From IMG/VR virus record IMGVR_UViG_3300042544_001941: a DNA stretch of 64,000 nt. One strand, given 5' to 3'. Each line of letters opens with the position of its first letter. The first letter of the stretch is position 1. Below are positions 27,610 to 37,282 of this stretch, in pieces. The notes beneath the pieces were generated by a model. It did no database searches and was not told the origin of the DNA. It saw only the letters and a program-made list of their open reading frames with translations. The DNA is from a virus. The position numbers and the translations under genes were made by a program.

Positions 27610-27716
27610 TAAAAAACCCCAACAAGATGTCGGGGTTTTAAGGTCTTTCGGTGGGTTCAACCCCACTTACTTATGAAAAAAAACGAAAAGGTAATCGACA
27701 AAGAGAACCTTTGAGA
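27610..27716 (-). ncRNA. Putative small late RNA 'B'
   Basis: TATTTATA (27718-27725, minus), no ORF, gtggg/cccac hairpin, terminator aaaacccc..ggggtttttt. Confidence 0.5.
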
Positions 27717-27753
27717 ATATAAATATATATGATTCTCATAAAAAGTCAACTAT

Positions 27754-29775
27754 TTACAATATTTTTTTTGTAAATGTTAATTTTTCGTCTTTAAATTTAA
27801 GTGTAATAGAAGTATTTTCAACAATATTACCTTTCAATATCTCTTCACTTAAGAAATCTTCACATAGATTTTGAATAATCCTTTTAATCGGTCTTGCACC
27901 ATATTCTTCCTCAGAATTTAGTTCGTGAATCTTCGCAATTACGGATTTGTCAAATGTAATCTTAAAGTTCTTCTCCTTTAATCGGTCATTCAATCGTGAC
28001 AATTCAATATCAATGATTTTTTTCAATGTGTCATCATTTAAAGGGTTGAACGTGATAACATCATCAATACGGTTTAAAAACTCGGGATTGAATTGTTGTT
28101 TTAGTGCTTTTTGAATTATCGATTTCTTCACTTCAGCTTTTTGAGTTTCTTTACTGTTAGTTGCAAAACCCATACCATCACCAAAATCCATAACCTTTTT
28201 AGCACCTACGTTTGATGTCATAATAATCAAAGTATTTGTAAAATTTACTTTTCTTCCAAAAGAATCGGTTAAATGTCCCTCATCAAGTATTTGTAATAAG
28301 ATATTGAATACGTCTTTATGTGCTTTCTCAATCTCATCAAATAATATTACAGAGAATGGATTGTTTTTAACTTTTTCAGTTAATTGACCTCCTTCGTCAT
28401 AACCAACATAACCAGGAGGAGAACCAATTAATCTTGATACATTATGTTTCTCCATAAACTCACTCATATCAACCCTAATTATTTTATTAGGGTCACCGAA
28501 TAATGTTTCCGCTAATGATTTTGCCAAGAATGTTTTTCCAACACCTGTTGAACCTAAGAAGATGAATGAACCAATTGGTTTATTGGTATCTTTAATACCT
28601 ACACGATTTCTTCTTATCGCTTTTGAGATTGTCTTAATCGCATCATCTTGACCAATAACTTTAGACGATAGTATATCTTCTAATTTTAATAACTTTTCAG
28701 TTTCTTTAGAGTCTAATTTACTAATTGGAACTCCTGTCATATTGGATACGATTTCGTACACATCTTCGACAGTCACAGGAGTTTTATTTTCCTTTTGTTT
28801 TATCGTCCATTTTTCTTTTTCATCATCGAGTTTCTTTAAAATCTTTCTTTCCTCATCTCTCAATTTAGCGGCTTGTTCGTAATTTTGATTTTTAACTACT
28901 TGAACCTTTTTTTCTTTGATAGCTTCCGCGTCCTTCTTAAGTGTTTCAATTATCTCAGGAATTTTACCCGAGATTTTTTTGTCTGAACCTAATTCATCTA
29001 AAATATCAATTGCCTTATCAGGAAATTGTCTATCAGTAATATATCTTAAAGATAAAGTTGTTATTGTCTCAACAACATTGTCTTGATATTCAACCTTATG
29101 AAATTCTTCATATGAAGACTTTAAGTTCTTCAATATTTCAATCGTTTCAGATTGTGTTGGTTCCTTCAAGATAATTTTTTGAAATCTTCTAACCAATGCA
29201 GAATCTTTCTCAATATGTTTTTTAAATTCATCAAATGTCGTTGCACCGATACATTGCATTTCACCTCGAGCTAATGCGGGTTTTAAAATATTAGCAGCGT
29301 CCATAGCACCACTAGCATTACCTGCACCTACCATTGTGTGTAATTCATCAATGAATACAATTACATTAGGATTTTCTTGAAGTTCGTTTAATATCGCCTT
29401 AATTCGTTCTTCAAATTGTCCTCTATATTTCGTACCAGCAACAAGTGATGTTAAATCTAACGACACCAATCTTTTATCCAACAAATTACTCGGACAAACA
29501 CCTTTGTGAATTTGTATTGCAAGTTTTTCAACGAGAGCAGATTTACCAACACCCGCATCACCTACAATTACAACGTTATTCTTTTTTTTGCGAGAAAGAA
29601 TTTGGGAAATTCTCTTCACTTCGTTATCTCTCCCAACAACCGGGTCAATCTTTCCTTCTTCTGCGAGTTTAATTAAATCTCTTGAGAAATTATCAAGGAT
29701 TGGAGTTGTAGAAGTTCCTCTTCTATTTTTTTGATAAGGTTTTGGACCCCCGTCTTCTAAAAAGTCTACCGACAT
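27754..29775 (-). CDS. clpC: ClpC-like AAA+ ATPase lacking the N-terminal domain
   Basis: Two Walker A (GDAGVGKS, GSTGVGKT), UVR middle domain (QNYEQAAKLRDE), GMGF ClpP-docking loop. Confidence 0.9.
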   Translation of the reverse strand: MSVDFLEDGGPKPYQKNRRGTSTTPILDNFSRDLIKLAEEGKIDPVVGRDNEVKRISQILSRKKKNNVVIVGDAGVGKSALVEKLAIQIHKGVCPSNLLDKRLVSLDLTSLVAGTKYRGQFEERIKAILNELQENPNVIVFIDELHTMVGAGNASGAMDAANILKPALARGEMQCIGATTFDEFKKHIEKDSALVRRFQKIILKEPTQSETIEILKNLKSSYEEFHKVEYQDNVVETITTLSLRYITDRQFPDKAIDILDELGSDKKISGKIPEIIETLKKDAEAIKEKKVQVVKNQNYEQAAKLRDEERKILKKLDDEKEKWTIKQKENKTPVTVEDVYEIVSNMTGVPISKLDSKETEKLLKLEDILSSKVIGQDDAIKTISKAIRRNRVGIKDTNKPIGSFIFLGSTGVGKTFLAKSLAETLFGDPNKIIRVDMSEFMEKHNVSRLIGSPPGYVGYDEGGQLTEKVKNNPFSVILFDEIEKAHKDVFNILLQILDEGHLTDSFGRKVNFTNTLIIMTSNVGAKKVMDFGDGMGFATNSKETQKAEVKKSIIQKALKQQFNPEFLNRIDDVITFNPLNDDTLKKIIDIELSRLNDRLKEKNFKITFDKSVIAKIHELNSEEEYGARPIKRIIQNLCEDFLSEEILKGNIVENTSITLKFKDEKLTFTKKIL

Positions 29776-29798
29776 ATGTGTATGATTTAGTATTTGTA

Positions 29799-29830
29799 CA
29801 AACTTAACATTTTTCATTCAAAAAAACAAA
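29799..29830 (-). promoter_or_regulatory. Bacteroidota sigma70-type promoter of clpC
   Basis: TTTG-N20-TAAGTTTG. Confidence 0.65.
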
Positions 29831-29834
29831 TCGC

Positions 29835-29905
29835 GGACAAAATGTCTAAAAAAATGTCTAACCAATGTCTAAATGTCAGTTTTAGACATTTGGCAAAAAA
29901 ATTGA
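29835..29905 (+). promoter_or_regulatory. AATGTCTAA repeat array plus sigma54-like -24/-12 element
   Basis: aatgtctaa x3, aatgtca, inverted ttagacatt, then TGGCA-N6-TTGA at 29891-29905. Confidence 0.5.
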
Positions 29906-29932
29906 TTATAGTATAATAAAATTTAATATACT

Positions 29933-30301
29933 ATGATAACATTATTTAAAGACCCATTTTTCCAAGGTTTCGATAGCGTGTTCGAAACTTCAAAGTACTT
30001 AAAAAGTCCTGAAACTCGTATTCGTAAAACTGAAACTGAATACGTTGTTTTATTAAGTGTTCCTGGTTTAACCAAGGAAGATTTAAAAATTTCCACAAAG
30101 GAAGGAATACTTAAAATTTCTTTTGAAAAAGAGGAGAGTGACGATAGTGTCTACTTTACAAGTAGTTTCGTCAAATCATATAATATCCCCGACGATGTAA
30201 AAGAGAAGGATATTGTGGGTAAAGTTGAGAATGGTATTCTTGAATTAACTCTACCGATAGATAAGAAAAAATCAATAGAACGTCAAATCTCCCTTAATTA
30301 A
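29933..30301 (+). CDS. Small heat-shock protein Hsp20
   Basis: VPGLTKEDLKI, FVKSYNIP, ENGILELTLP. Confidence 0.9.
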   Translation: MITLFKDPFFQGFDSVFETSKYLKSPETRIRKTETEYVVLLSVPGLTKEDLKISTKEGILKISFEKEESDDSVYFTSSFVKSYNIPDDVKEKDIVGKVENGILELTLPIDKKKSIERQISLN

Positions 30302-30305
30302 AATG

Positions 30306-30330
30306 AAACCCCGAGTAATCGGGGTTTTTT
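30306..30330 (+). terminator. Intrinsic terminator
   Basis: aaaccccga-gtaa-tcggggtttttt. Confidence 0.75.
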
Positions 30331-30404
30331 ATTTGATATTTATATGTAGTATTTGATTATTAACTAAAAATTTTGTATATTATTAATACTAAAAAATATA
30401 AGAT

Positions 30405-30650
30405 ATGGGTATTATAAGTGAAAAAATTGATGGTAAAAACATCTTAGTTGAAATCAACTCGAGTAACCTTAAAAGTGCAGGTTTTAACACAGAAACTGAA
30501 ACTTTAACGATTACATTTAATAATGGTTCTATTTATGAATACTACGAATTCCCTTGGGAGAAGTTCACTAAGTTTAGAATGTCCGAATCTCAAGGTAAGT
30601 TTTTGAATAGTAACATAAACGGCAAATACAAATTTAAGAGGTTAGTATGA
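30405..30650 (+). CDS. KTSC domain protein
   Basis: SSNLKSAGF..LTITFNNGSIYEY..SQGKFLNSNI. Confidence 0.85.
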   Translation: MGIISEKIDGKNILVEINSSNLKSAGFNTETETLTITFNNGSIYEYYEFPWEKFTKFRMSESQGKFLNSNINGKYKFKRLV

Positions 30651-31438
30651 TGAATAAATCTTTGGTTGATGAACTTTTTGAAGATAGTGAGTTAGACCAA
30701 AAGATAGTAAAGTCTTTTTATTCTAAGGAATCATTGTCCCCTGATATTTTTGAGGAGGATAATGGTTCTTTTAGTATGAAGGATAATATTAGAACTAAAT
30801 TATTGGAGATTGCTGATAAGTTTGTTGAATTTATCGGTATCGATTTCTTTATTGATGATGTCCATTTAACAGGTTCGTTATCAAATTTTAATTGGTCCGA
30901 ATATTCGGATGTTGATTTACACATATTGGTAGATTTCAATGATTTTAATGACTCGAATAAAAAAGATTCTACTTCGATGAAGAAGATAGTTAAAGAATTT
31001 TTCGATTCAAAGAAAAACAATTGGAACTCGGAACACGATATAAAAATAAAAGGATACGATGTTGAACTTTATGTTCAAGATTCAAATGAAAAACACCTAT
31101 CAACGGGAGTCTATTCAATATTAAATAACAAATGGATAATTGAACCTAAAAAGGGTAAGGAGTTCATTGATGACCGCACCATTATGGAAAAGGGTCAAGA
31201 ATATGCAGAATTAATAGATTCATTGGTTAAGTCCTCAGAATCAGGAAAAGACGTTTCAAAGGACGTTGATGATGTAAAAACCAAATTAAAACAATTTAGA
31301 CAATCGGGTCTCGAGAAGGGTGGGGAGTATTCTTATGAAAATTTAACCTTCAAATTACTTAGGAGAAATGGGTACATTGAGAAATTAATGGGTATCAAAA
31401 AGGGGATTCAAAATAAGAAATTATCCGTAGCACAATAA
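30647..31438 (+). CDS. Pol-beta-superfamily nucleotidyltransferase-like protein
   Basis: LTGSLSNFNWSEYSDVDLH (GS..DxD) plus VELYVQD. Confidence 0.7.
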   Translation: MMNKSLVDELFEDSELDQKIVKSFYSKESLSPDIFEEDNGSFSMKDNIRTKLLEIADKFVEFIGIDFFIDDVHLTGSLSNFNWSEYSDVDLHILVDFNDFNDSNKKDSTSMKKIVKEFFDSKKNNWNSEHDIKIKGYDVELYVQDSNEKHLSTGVYSILNNKWIIEPKKGKEFIDDRTIMEKGQEYAELIDSLVKSSESGKDVSKDVDDVKTKLKQFRQSGLEKGGEYSYENLTFKLLRRNGYIEKLMGIKKGIQNKKLSVAQ

Positions 31439-31508
31439 TAAACCATATTTTTTTTCATATATCTATGTATTTATATGATAAGAATAATTTCATTTAATAA
31501 TATTAAAA

Positions 31509-32912
31509 ATGGGAGATATAAAACCACTCGGTAGTGAAAAATTAAGCGGAGATGAGAAATTAAAAAGAATTCTCGAGCTTACCTACTATAACAACAACAA
31601 TAATAAGAATGTTGCAACATCTAAAGCTGCAGAATATCTATCTGAATCAACAAAGTCAGGTTTATATGGTGTAGTCAAAGAAAAAGATGGATACTATGTA
31701 AAAAGAGGTTTGAACGAAAATTCGTTAGACTATATCGGTGGTATGTTTATGAAGAATAAGAATAGATTCTCTTCATACGCTGAAGCTCTTAAAAGATTAG
31801 AACTTTTAAAAGGACAAGATAATTTACAAGAAGAAACAAAATATGTTTTAAAAGCCGGTAAATCAGCACCAGCAGAAGTTGCACCACCAGCACCTGCTGA
31901 GGTTGCCGCTGAAATGCCACCTGCATTACCACCAGCATCTCCTGATATGGGTGCGGCTCCTGATATGGGTGTAGCTCCTGATATGGGTGCAGAAATGGGT
32001 GCGGCTCCTGATATGGGTGCAGAACCTGAAATGGGTGGAGAAGAAGGTGGTGACGATAAACTAAAAGTCGTTCAAAAGTTAACAGGTAAATTAGGTCAAA
32101 AAATCAGAGACATCCAAGACGATTTAGAAAGTGACGATATCAAATATATTATCAATTCTGTATTATCCGCAGTTAATTTGGATAAGTTAGAAATGGATGA
32201 TAAAGAAGAAATATTGAGCAAGTTTGAAGACGAGGAAGATTTTGAAGGTGAGGATGGATTAGGTGATACTGAAGGTGGTGAAGAATTACCTTCTGAAATG
32301 CCAGCACCTGAAGCGGGTGACGAATCTGAATTAGGTGAAATGGACGGAATAGATGCGTTAGAAAATTTAGTTAATATGAGTTTTGACGAAGGTTTCGATG
32401 ATTTCGACACTCAAATACAACCTGAAGAAATGGGATTTGATGATGAGTTTGAAGATGAAGGTCCGGTAGGTCGTCACGACGCATTGGATTCAAATATTGA
32501 TTTAGAAAAAGAAAAGGTAAGAAAGAAAACAAAACATTTTGTTGAACCTGATAGTGAAGAAGATTTGTACTTTAGACAAGCTTCAATGGATTCAGATAAT
32601 TACGATAGTGATGCTGATATCTTCGGTGATGACGAATATGGTGATATGTTCAATTTTGATTTAAAAGAAGAAGACCCAATGGGTGATGAATCAGAATTAG
32701 AAAGCTTATTTAACAAAGAATTAGATATGGCTAAATCAATGGAAGATGAGAAAGAAGACGGTTTTGATAATGATGCACATTTGGCTCACTTTGATAGACA
32801 ACAATATGGAGATATGGATGAAGTAGTAACCAAAGAAGTTGATATTAATGAGTTAACCGATATGATTAATAATAGTGTTAAAGAAACATTAAGAAAACAC
32901 TTTGAACAATAA
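31509..32912 (+). CDS. Highly acidic head-associated protein with APDMG repeats
   Basis: D/E-rich; 18-bp repeats; upstream of terminase. Confidence 0.6.
   Translation: MGDIKPLGSEKLSGDEKLKRILELTYYNNNNNKNVATSKAAEYLSESTKSGLYGVVKEKDGYYVKRGLNENSLDYIGGMFMKNKNRFSSYAEALKRLELLKGQDNLQEETKYVLKAGKSAPAEVAPPAPAEVAAEMPPALPPASPDMGAAPDMGVAPDMGAEMGAAPDMGAEPEMGGEEGGDDKLKVVQKLTGKLGQKIRDIQDDLESDDIKYIINSVLSAVNLDKLEMDDKEEILSKFEDEEDFEGEDGLGDTEGGEELPSEMPAPEAGDESELGEMDGIDALENLVNMSFDEGFDDFDTQIQPEEMGFDDEFEDEGPVGRHDALDSNIDLEKEKVRKKTKHFVEPDSEEDLYFRQASMDSDNYDSDADIFGDDEYGDMFNFDLKEEDPMGDESELESLFNKELDMAKSMEDEKEDGFDNDAHLAHFDRQQYGDMDEVVTKEVDINELTDMINNSVKETLRKHFEQ
31941..32037 (+). repeat. 18-bp coding tandem repeat (cctgatatgggtgc..)
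   Basis: Encodes PDMGAA/PDMGVA/PDMGAE units. Confidence 0.8.
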
Positions 32913-33310
32913 TGTTTCTTTTATACATCAATGAGTTAGGACGAGACTATAAAGGTCAACGACAATACGAATTTATATTCGGTAACGATATTGATGTATT
33001 AATGGATGAATGGTTTATAATTCCATCTTCGGGTAGAGCAATTCCACCTGAATTAGAACAAATTAATTTAGTGGGTTTATTAAAAAACTCAGAATTAGAA
33101 TTAGATTTGGTTCAAAATTCAGATTACTTTGGAATGATAGACGCCGTAGATGGAATTGTTGCTTTAGGATGGGAACCTTTTGATATACATTCAGAAGAAA
33201 GACCTGAAAGAGTTTCTTTTCATTTCGGTGAAGACATTGATAGTATCACTGAGAAGTTGGAGTCGAAGGGTTTAAGATTAATAAATGAAGAAATTAAATA
33301 CAAATTTTAA
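32912..33310 (+). CDS. Hypothetical protein
   Basis: 132-aa ORF coupled by TAATG. Confidence 0.7.
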   Translation: MFLLYINELGRDYKGQRQYEFIFGNDIDVLMDEWFIIPSSGRAIPPELEQINLVGLLKNSELELDLVQNSDYFGMIDAVDGIVALGWEPFDIHSEERPERVSFHFGEDIDSITEKLESKGLRLINEEIKYKF

Positions 33311-33311
33311 A

Positions 33312-34196
33312 ATGAAACGCAATCAAATTGTTGGTTTATTAGTTAAAGAAGGATTTTCACAATCAACTTTAGTTGTTATGTCAGATAAACAATTGGAAAT
33401 GTTATCTGAAAGAATATTGGGAGAACAAATTAAAGCTATACCTGGTAAAACCGCATATAAAATAGATGGTGAAGGTGATTTAGGTAGTTTACCTCCAGCA
33501 TCTAAAGGTTATTCAGTATCAATTGACCCTGTCGATAAAAAACCAGTCGCACAACCTATGGAATCTGAAGTTAAGGAAGGATTAAAAGGTGGTCAAAAGA
33601 AATTGGATAAAAACCACAATGGTAAAATAGATGCACAAGATTTTAAAATTTTGAAAGGTCAAAAAAAGAAGAAAGAAGTTAAAGAAGAATTGAAAGGGAA
33701 TCAAAAAAATATCGATAAAAACAAAAATGGTAAAATCGATGGCGAAGACTTTGAAATTTTAAAAGGAAAAAAGTTGGATAAAAAGAAATTAGAGGATATT
33801 GATAAAAAAGAAATTAAAGAGTGGGTTGATTCTTTGGTGGAAAATGATTATCATTCATTAACAACTAAAGATGAAATTATGGAACTTATCAAAATTAAAC
33901 TACACGAACAACCAGATGTAATGGAACCAGATATCGATGTAGAACCTGATATTGATATTGACCCTGATATTGATGCACCACCATCACCTGATAAAGACCC
34001 TTTCATTGACCCTTGGCAAAATCCTGGTGAAGGACCTGACCCAAGACCTAAGTTCGAAAAAGGAAATGGTGGAAGTATGCCGGCCTTTATGGAATTTAAA
34101 AATATTTTGAAGTCAATGAATCAACCAAAAGGTGCCGATTCTATTTCAGAATCAATTATGAAAAAAATCAGAAACGTATTAAAAAATGGCAAATAA
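33312..34196 (+). CDS. Head-associated protein with two EF-hand-like DKNxNGKID motifs
   Basis: LKGGQKKLDKNHNGKIDAQDF and LKGNQKNIDKNKNGKIDGEDF; PDID repeats. Confidence 0.6.
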   Translation: MKRNQIVGLLVKEGFSQSTLVVMSDKQLEMLSERILGEQIKAIPGKTAYKIDGEGDLGSLPPASKGYSVSIDPVDKKPVAQPMESEVKEGLKGGQKKLDKNHNGKIDAQDFKILKGQKKKKEVKEELKGNQKNIDKNKNGKIDGEDFEILKGKKLDKKKLEDIDKKEIKEWVDSLVENDYHSLTTKDEIMELIKIKLHEQPDVMEPDIDVEPDIDIDPDIDAPPSPDKDPFIDPWQNPGEGPDPRPKFEKGNGGSMPAFMEFKNILKSMNQPKGADSISESIMKKIRNVLKNGK

Positions 34197-35427
34197 ACAA
34201 TTTAATGAGGATATGAAATTTGCTGATGATAGTAGACCTGATTCAGGTTTAACTAATAAATTAGTCGATAGAGAAACCCCATTTAAAAAAGTAGATTTTC
34301 CCGAACCAAACGAAGAAGGATACAACAACTACGAAGAATTGTTAGCTAGTGACGAGTACTCAACCGCCTTAGGTAGATTATCACGTTATACGGGAGTTAG
34401 TAATATCGGTACCGGTATACAAGGTAGGTATTATCAGTTATCAATGCAAGCTAGTAGAATATTATCTGAGATACAAAACGCCGAAAGAAACCACGAAACT
34501 GAATTAGAGGAGTTATGTGAGAGATTAATTAGGGAACATTTTAAGGTTCCTGAAAATAGATTACAATTCGACATTAAATTACAATCTGAAAGCATTCAAG
34601 TAAATCAAGATGCTGAAGAAGAGGAAGTTCAAGAACAAGAAGAAGAATTAGTTGATGAGGTTTTAAATTTAGAAAGAGCTAAAAGAAGATTATTAAATGC
34701 AATGACCCAAGGTCACGCAGTTGATGGTACTTGGATGTTTGAAGATGTTATTCCTGAAATTCAAAGAATTACAGGAGTTCAGAATTTAACAGACAAATAT
34801 GCAATTTTCGTTTCAACTATGATGTTAGGTTATTGGCAGTTTCCTGAAGAAATGATGGAAGCGACAATCGCCGAAGCTCAAGGTGCAGGTAAAACAAGAC
34901 TTGATTCAACAACAAATCCTCCAACAGTTATTGCAAGAGCGGTTATATTTCCTTTCTTAATTCACGAAACCATTAAAGGTGTTATGGAATTCTTATCAAA
35001 ACAAAGAAATCCTGAAGACCCTGAAAGAGTTCAAAAAGCTATGGATTTAGAAGATACAGTACTTCACGAAATTTGGGACATTAGATTAGGTCCTGCAATT
35101 TGGAGAAGATTATATTCATTATATCCTGAAGCGATTAAAAATGAAGAAGAAAAGAAAAAATTACAATATTTTATTTACTCAAATGTTGCTAACTTACCTG
35201 TAAAAGAATTTTTAGTTTTAATGAAGGAAGTTATAGGTAACACAGAAATGGGTAAAAAATTGATTGGCGCTATGTACTATGATTTAACAAGAAAAGTAGA
35301 TAGTGAAGAAGTTACACAATCAACATCCGAGTTCAGAAAATTAATTGAGGAGCTTGCACCTAAAGTATCTGGTGAAAGTTTACAAGATATGTTATCAGGT
35401 TTAGGAATCTCATTATCAGGACAATAA
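34186..35427 (+). CDS. Hypothetical protein upstream of terminase
   Basis: 413-aa ORF. Confidence 0.7.
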   Translation: MANKQFNEDMKFADDSRPDSGLTNKLVDRETPFKKVDFPEPNEEGYNNYEELLASDEYSTALGRLSRYTGVSNIGTGIQGRYYQLSMQASRILSEIQNAERNHETELEELCERLIREHFKVPENRLQFDIKLQSESIQVNQDAEEEEVQEQEEELVDEVLNLERAKRRLLNAMTQGHAVDGTWMFEDVIPEIQRITGVQNLTDKYAIFVSTMMLGYWQFPEEMMEATIAEAQGAGKTRLDSTTNPPTVIARAVIFPFLIHETIKGVMEFLSKQRNPEDPERVQKAMDLEDTVLHEIWDIRLGPAIWRRLYSLYPEAIKNEEEKKKLQYFIYSNVANLPVKEFLVLMKEVIGNTEMGKKLIGAMYYDLTRKVDSEEVTQSTSEFRKLIEELAPKVSGESLQDMLSGLGISLSGQ

Positions 35428-35430
35428 TAC

Positions 35431-35457
35431 AAAGACGGTTTTTAACCGTCTTTTTTT
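35431..35457 (+). terminator. Intrinsic terminator
   Basis: aaagacggtt-ttt-aaccgtcttttttt. Confidence 0.7.
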
Positions 35458-35469
35458 GTATTTATATAT

Positions 35470-37227
35470 ATGAGTAAAATTGAGCAATTAAAAGAATATG
35501 CAAGAATCATTAAAGATACTCCATATGCTTTAAGAACATATCTACAAACGTATGATAATACGCAAAAGAAATATGTTCCTATGGATTTGTTCCCTGACCA
35601 ATTACAATTGATTCAGGACTACGAAGACTACAACGAAAATATCACTAAAAAATATCGTCAAGCGGGTGTTACAACAGTAACTGCTGCTTGGTTATCTAAA
35701 AAATTACAATTAGCAAAACCTGAGAACCCTGAAAGAGTTCTTATTATTGCGAACAAAAGAGATACCGCCATTGAAATGGCGAACAAGGTTCGTAATTTTT
35801 TAGAACAATGGCCTGAATGGTTAAACGTTGGTTTCTCCCCTGATAAAAACTCCGAAAGTAGATTTAGATTAAATAATGGTTGTGAAGTAAAAGCGGTTGC
35901 AACGTCCGCCGATGCGTTACGTGGTTATACACCAACAGTACTTGTATTTGACGAAGCTGCGTATATTGAAGCGGGTGAGGACTTTTGGGCCGCTTCAATG
36001 GCGTCACTATCTACGGGAGGTAAAATTATCCTTATATCCACACCGAATGGTTATGACCCAATTTATTATGGGGTTTATGACCAATCACTTCGTGGTATGA
36101 ACGATTTCCATATAACGGATTTAAGATGGTTTAAAGACCCTCGTTATACCAAAGACTTGGTTTGGGTTAAATGTCAAGACATATGTCATTATATGTTGAA
36201 TAGAGAACAATATAATGATGATGAGGTAATTCTTCGTGAATTCAATATGTCAGACTATAGAAAATTAGAAGAGAATGGTTATAAACCTTTTTCGTCTTGG
36301 TTTGAATCTATGTCCAAGAAATTCAAGTACGATAGACGTAAAATCGCACAGGAATTGGAGTGTGACTTTTTGGGTTCGGGAGATGGGGTAATTCCTAGTG
36401 ACATTCAAGAAAACATTGCCAAAAATATGATTAGAGTTCCGTTTGAAAAATATATGCAAGGAACTTTTTGGCATTGGAAGGAACCGATACAAGACCATCG
36501 TTATATTATGGGTGTGGATGTTAGTAGAGGAGATAGTGAAGACTTTTCATCAATTAATATTATTGATTTCGATGATAGAGAACAGGTTGCAGAATATATT
36601 GGTAAGATACCACCAGATGATTTAGCAGCAATTGCATACAAATGGGGTGTACTTTACAACGCGTTCATTGTAATTGATATAACGGGAGGTATGGGTGTCG
36701 CAACATCAAGAAAACTACAAGAATTAAATTATAAAAATTTATATATCGACGGTATTAATACTCAAAACATATGGGAATACAATAGAAAAGCGATGGATAA
36801 AATTCCCGGTCTAAACTTCAATAATAAAAGAACACAAATTGTTGCTGCATTTGAAGAACAACTTAGAAAAGGATTTATTGTGAGGTCATCAAGACTATTA
36901 AATGAACTTAATACATTTGTTTATATGAATGGTAGACCTGACCATATGAAAGGTGCACACGACGACGCCATAATGAGTATGTCAATGGCATTATATGCTG
37001 GTGATATATGTTTTAACCAATTAGAAAGAACTGACGCACAAAATAAAGCAATGTTAGATTCTTGGGTATTATCTGAAAGAACATACGAAACAAATAAGTC
37101 TTTTTATTCATATGGAACAACATTCGACCCAATAGGTTTAATGTCAATGGATGGAAATAATCAACCTCAAACACCATCAAAACAATCCTATGGTGAATAC
37201 TCTTGGTTATTTGGAAAACCCAAATAA
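35470..37227 (+). CDS. terL: Terminase large subunit (T4 gp17-like)
   Basis: KYRQAGVTT, VFDEAAY, ISTPNG, GVDVSRG, HDDAIM. Confidence 0.93.
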   Translation: MSKIEQLKEYARIIKDTPYALRTYLQTYDNTQKKYVPMDLFPDQLQLIQDYEDYNENITKKYRQAGVTTVTAAWLSKKLQLAKPENPERVLIIANKRDTAIEMANKVRNFLEQWPEWLNVGFSPDKNSESRFRLNNGCEVKAVATSADALRGYTPTVLVFDEAAYIEAGEDFWAASMASLSTGGKIILISTPNGYDPIYYGVYDQSLRGMNDFHITDLRWFKDPRYTKDLVWVKCQDICHYMLNREQYNDDEVILREFNMSDYRKLEENGYKPFSSWFESMSKKFKYDRRKIAQELECDFLGSGDGVIPSDIQENIAKNMIRVPFEKYMQGTFWHWKEPIQDHRYIMGVDVSRGDSEDFSSINIIDFDDREQVAEYIGKIPPDDLAAIAYKWGVLYNAFIVIDITGGMGVATSRKLQELNYKNLYIDGINTQNIWEYNRKAMDKIPGLNFNNKRTQIVAAFEEQLRKGFIVRSSRLLNELNTFVYMNGRPDHMKGAHDDAIMSMSMALYAGDICFNQLERTDAQNKAMLDSWVLSERTYETNKSFYSYGTTFDPIGLMSMDGNNQPQTPSKQSYGEYSWLFGKPK

Positions 37228-37282
37228 ACCTTTATTTTTTGAATAAAATAGGATAGATTTTTAACAAATAGTATTTATAGTT

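Noticed and set aside
27673-27714. Plus-strand 13-codon ORF MKKNEKVIDKENL
   Set aside because: The promoter motif and terminator are oriented for the minus strand; there is no support for translation
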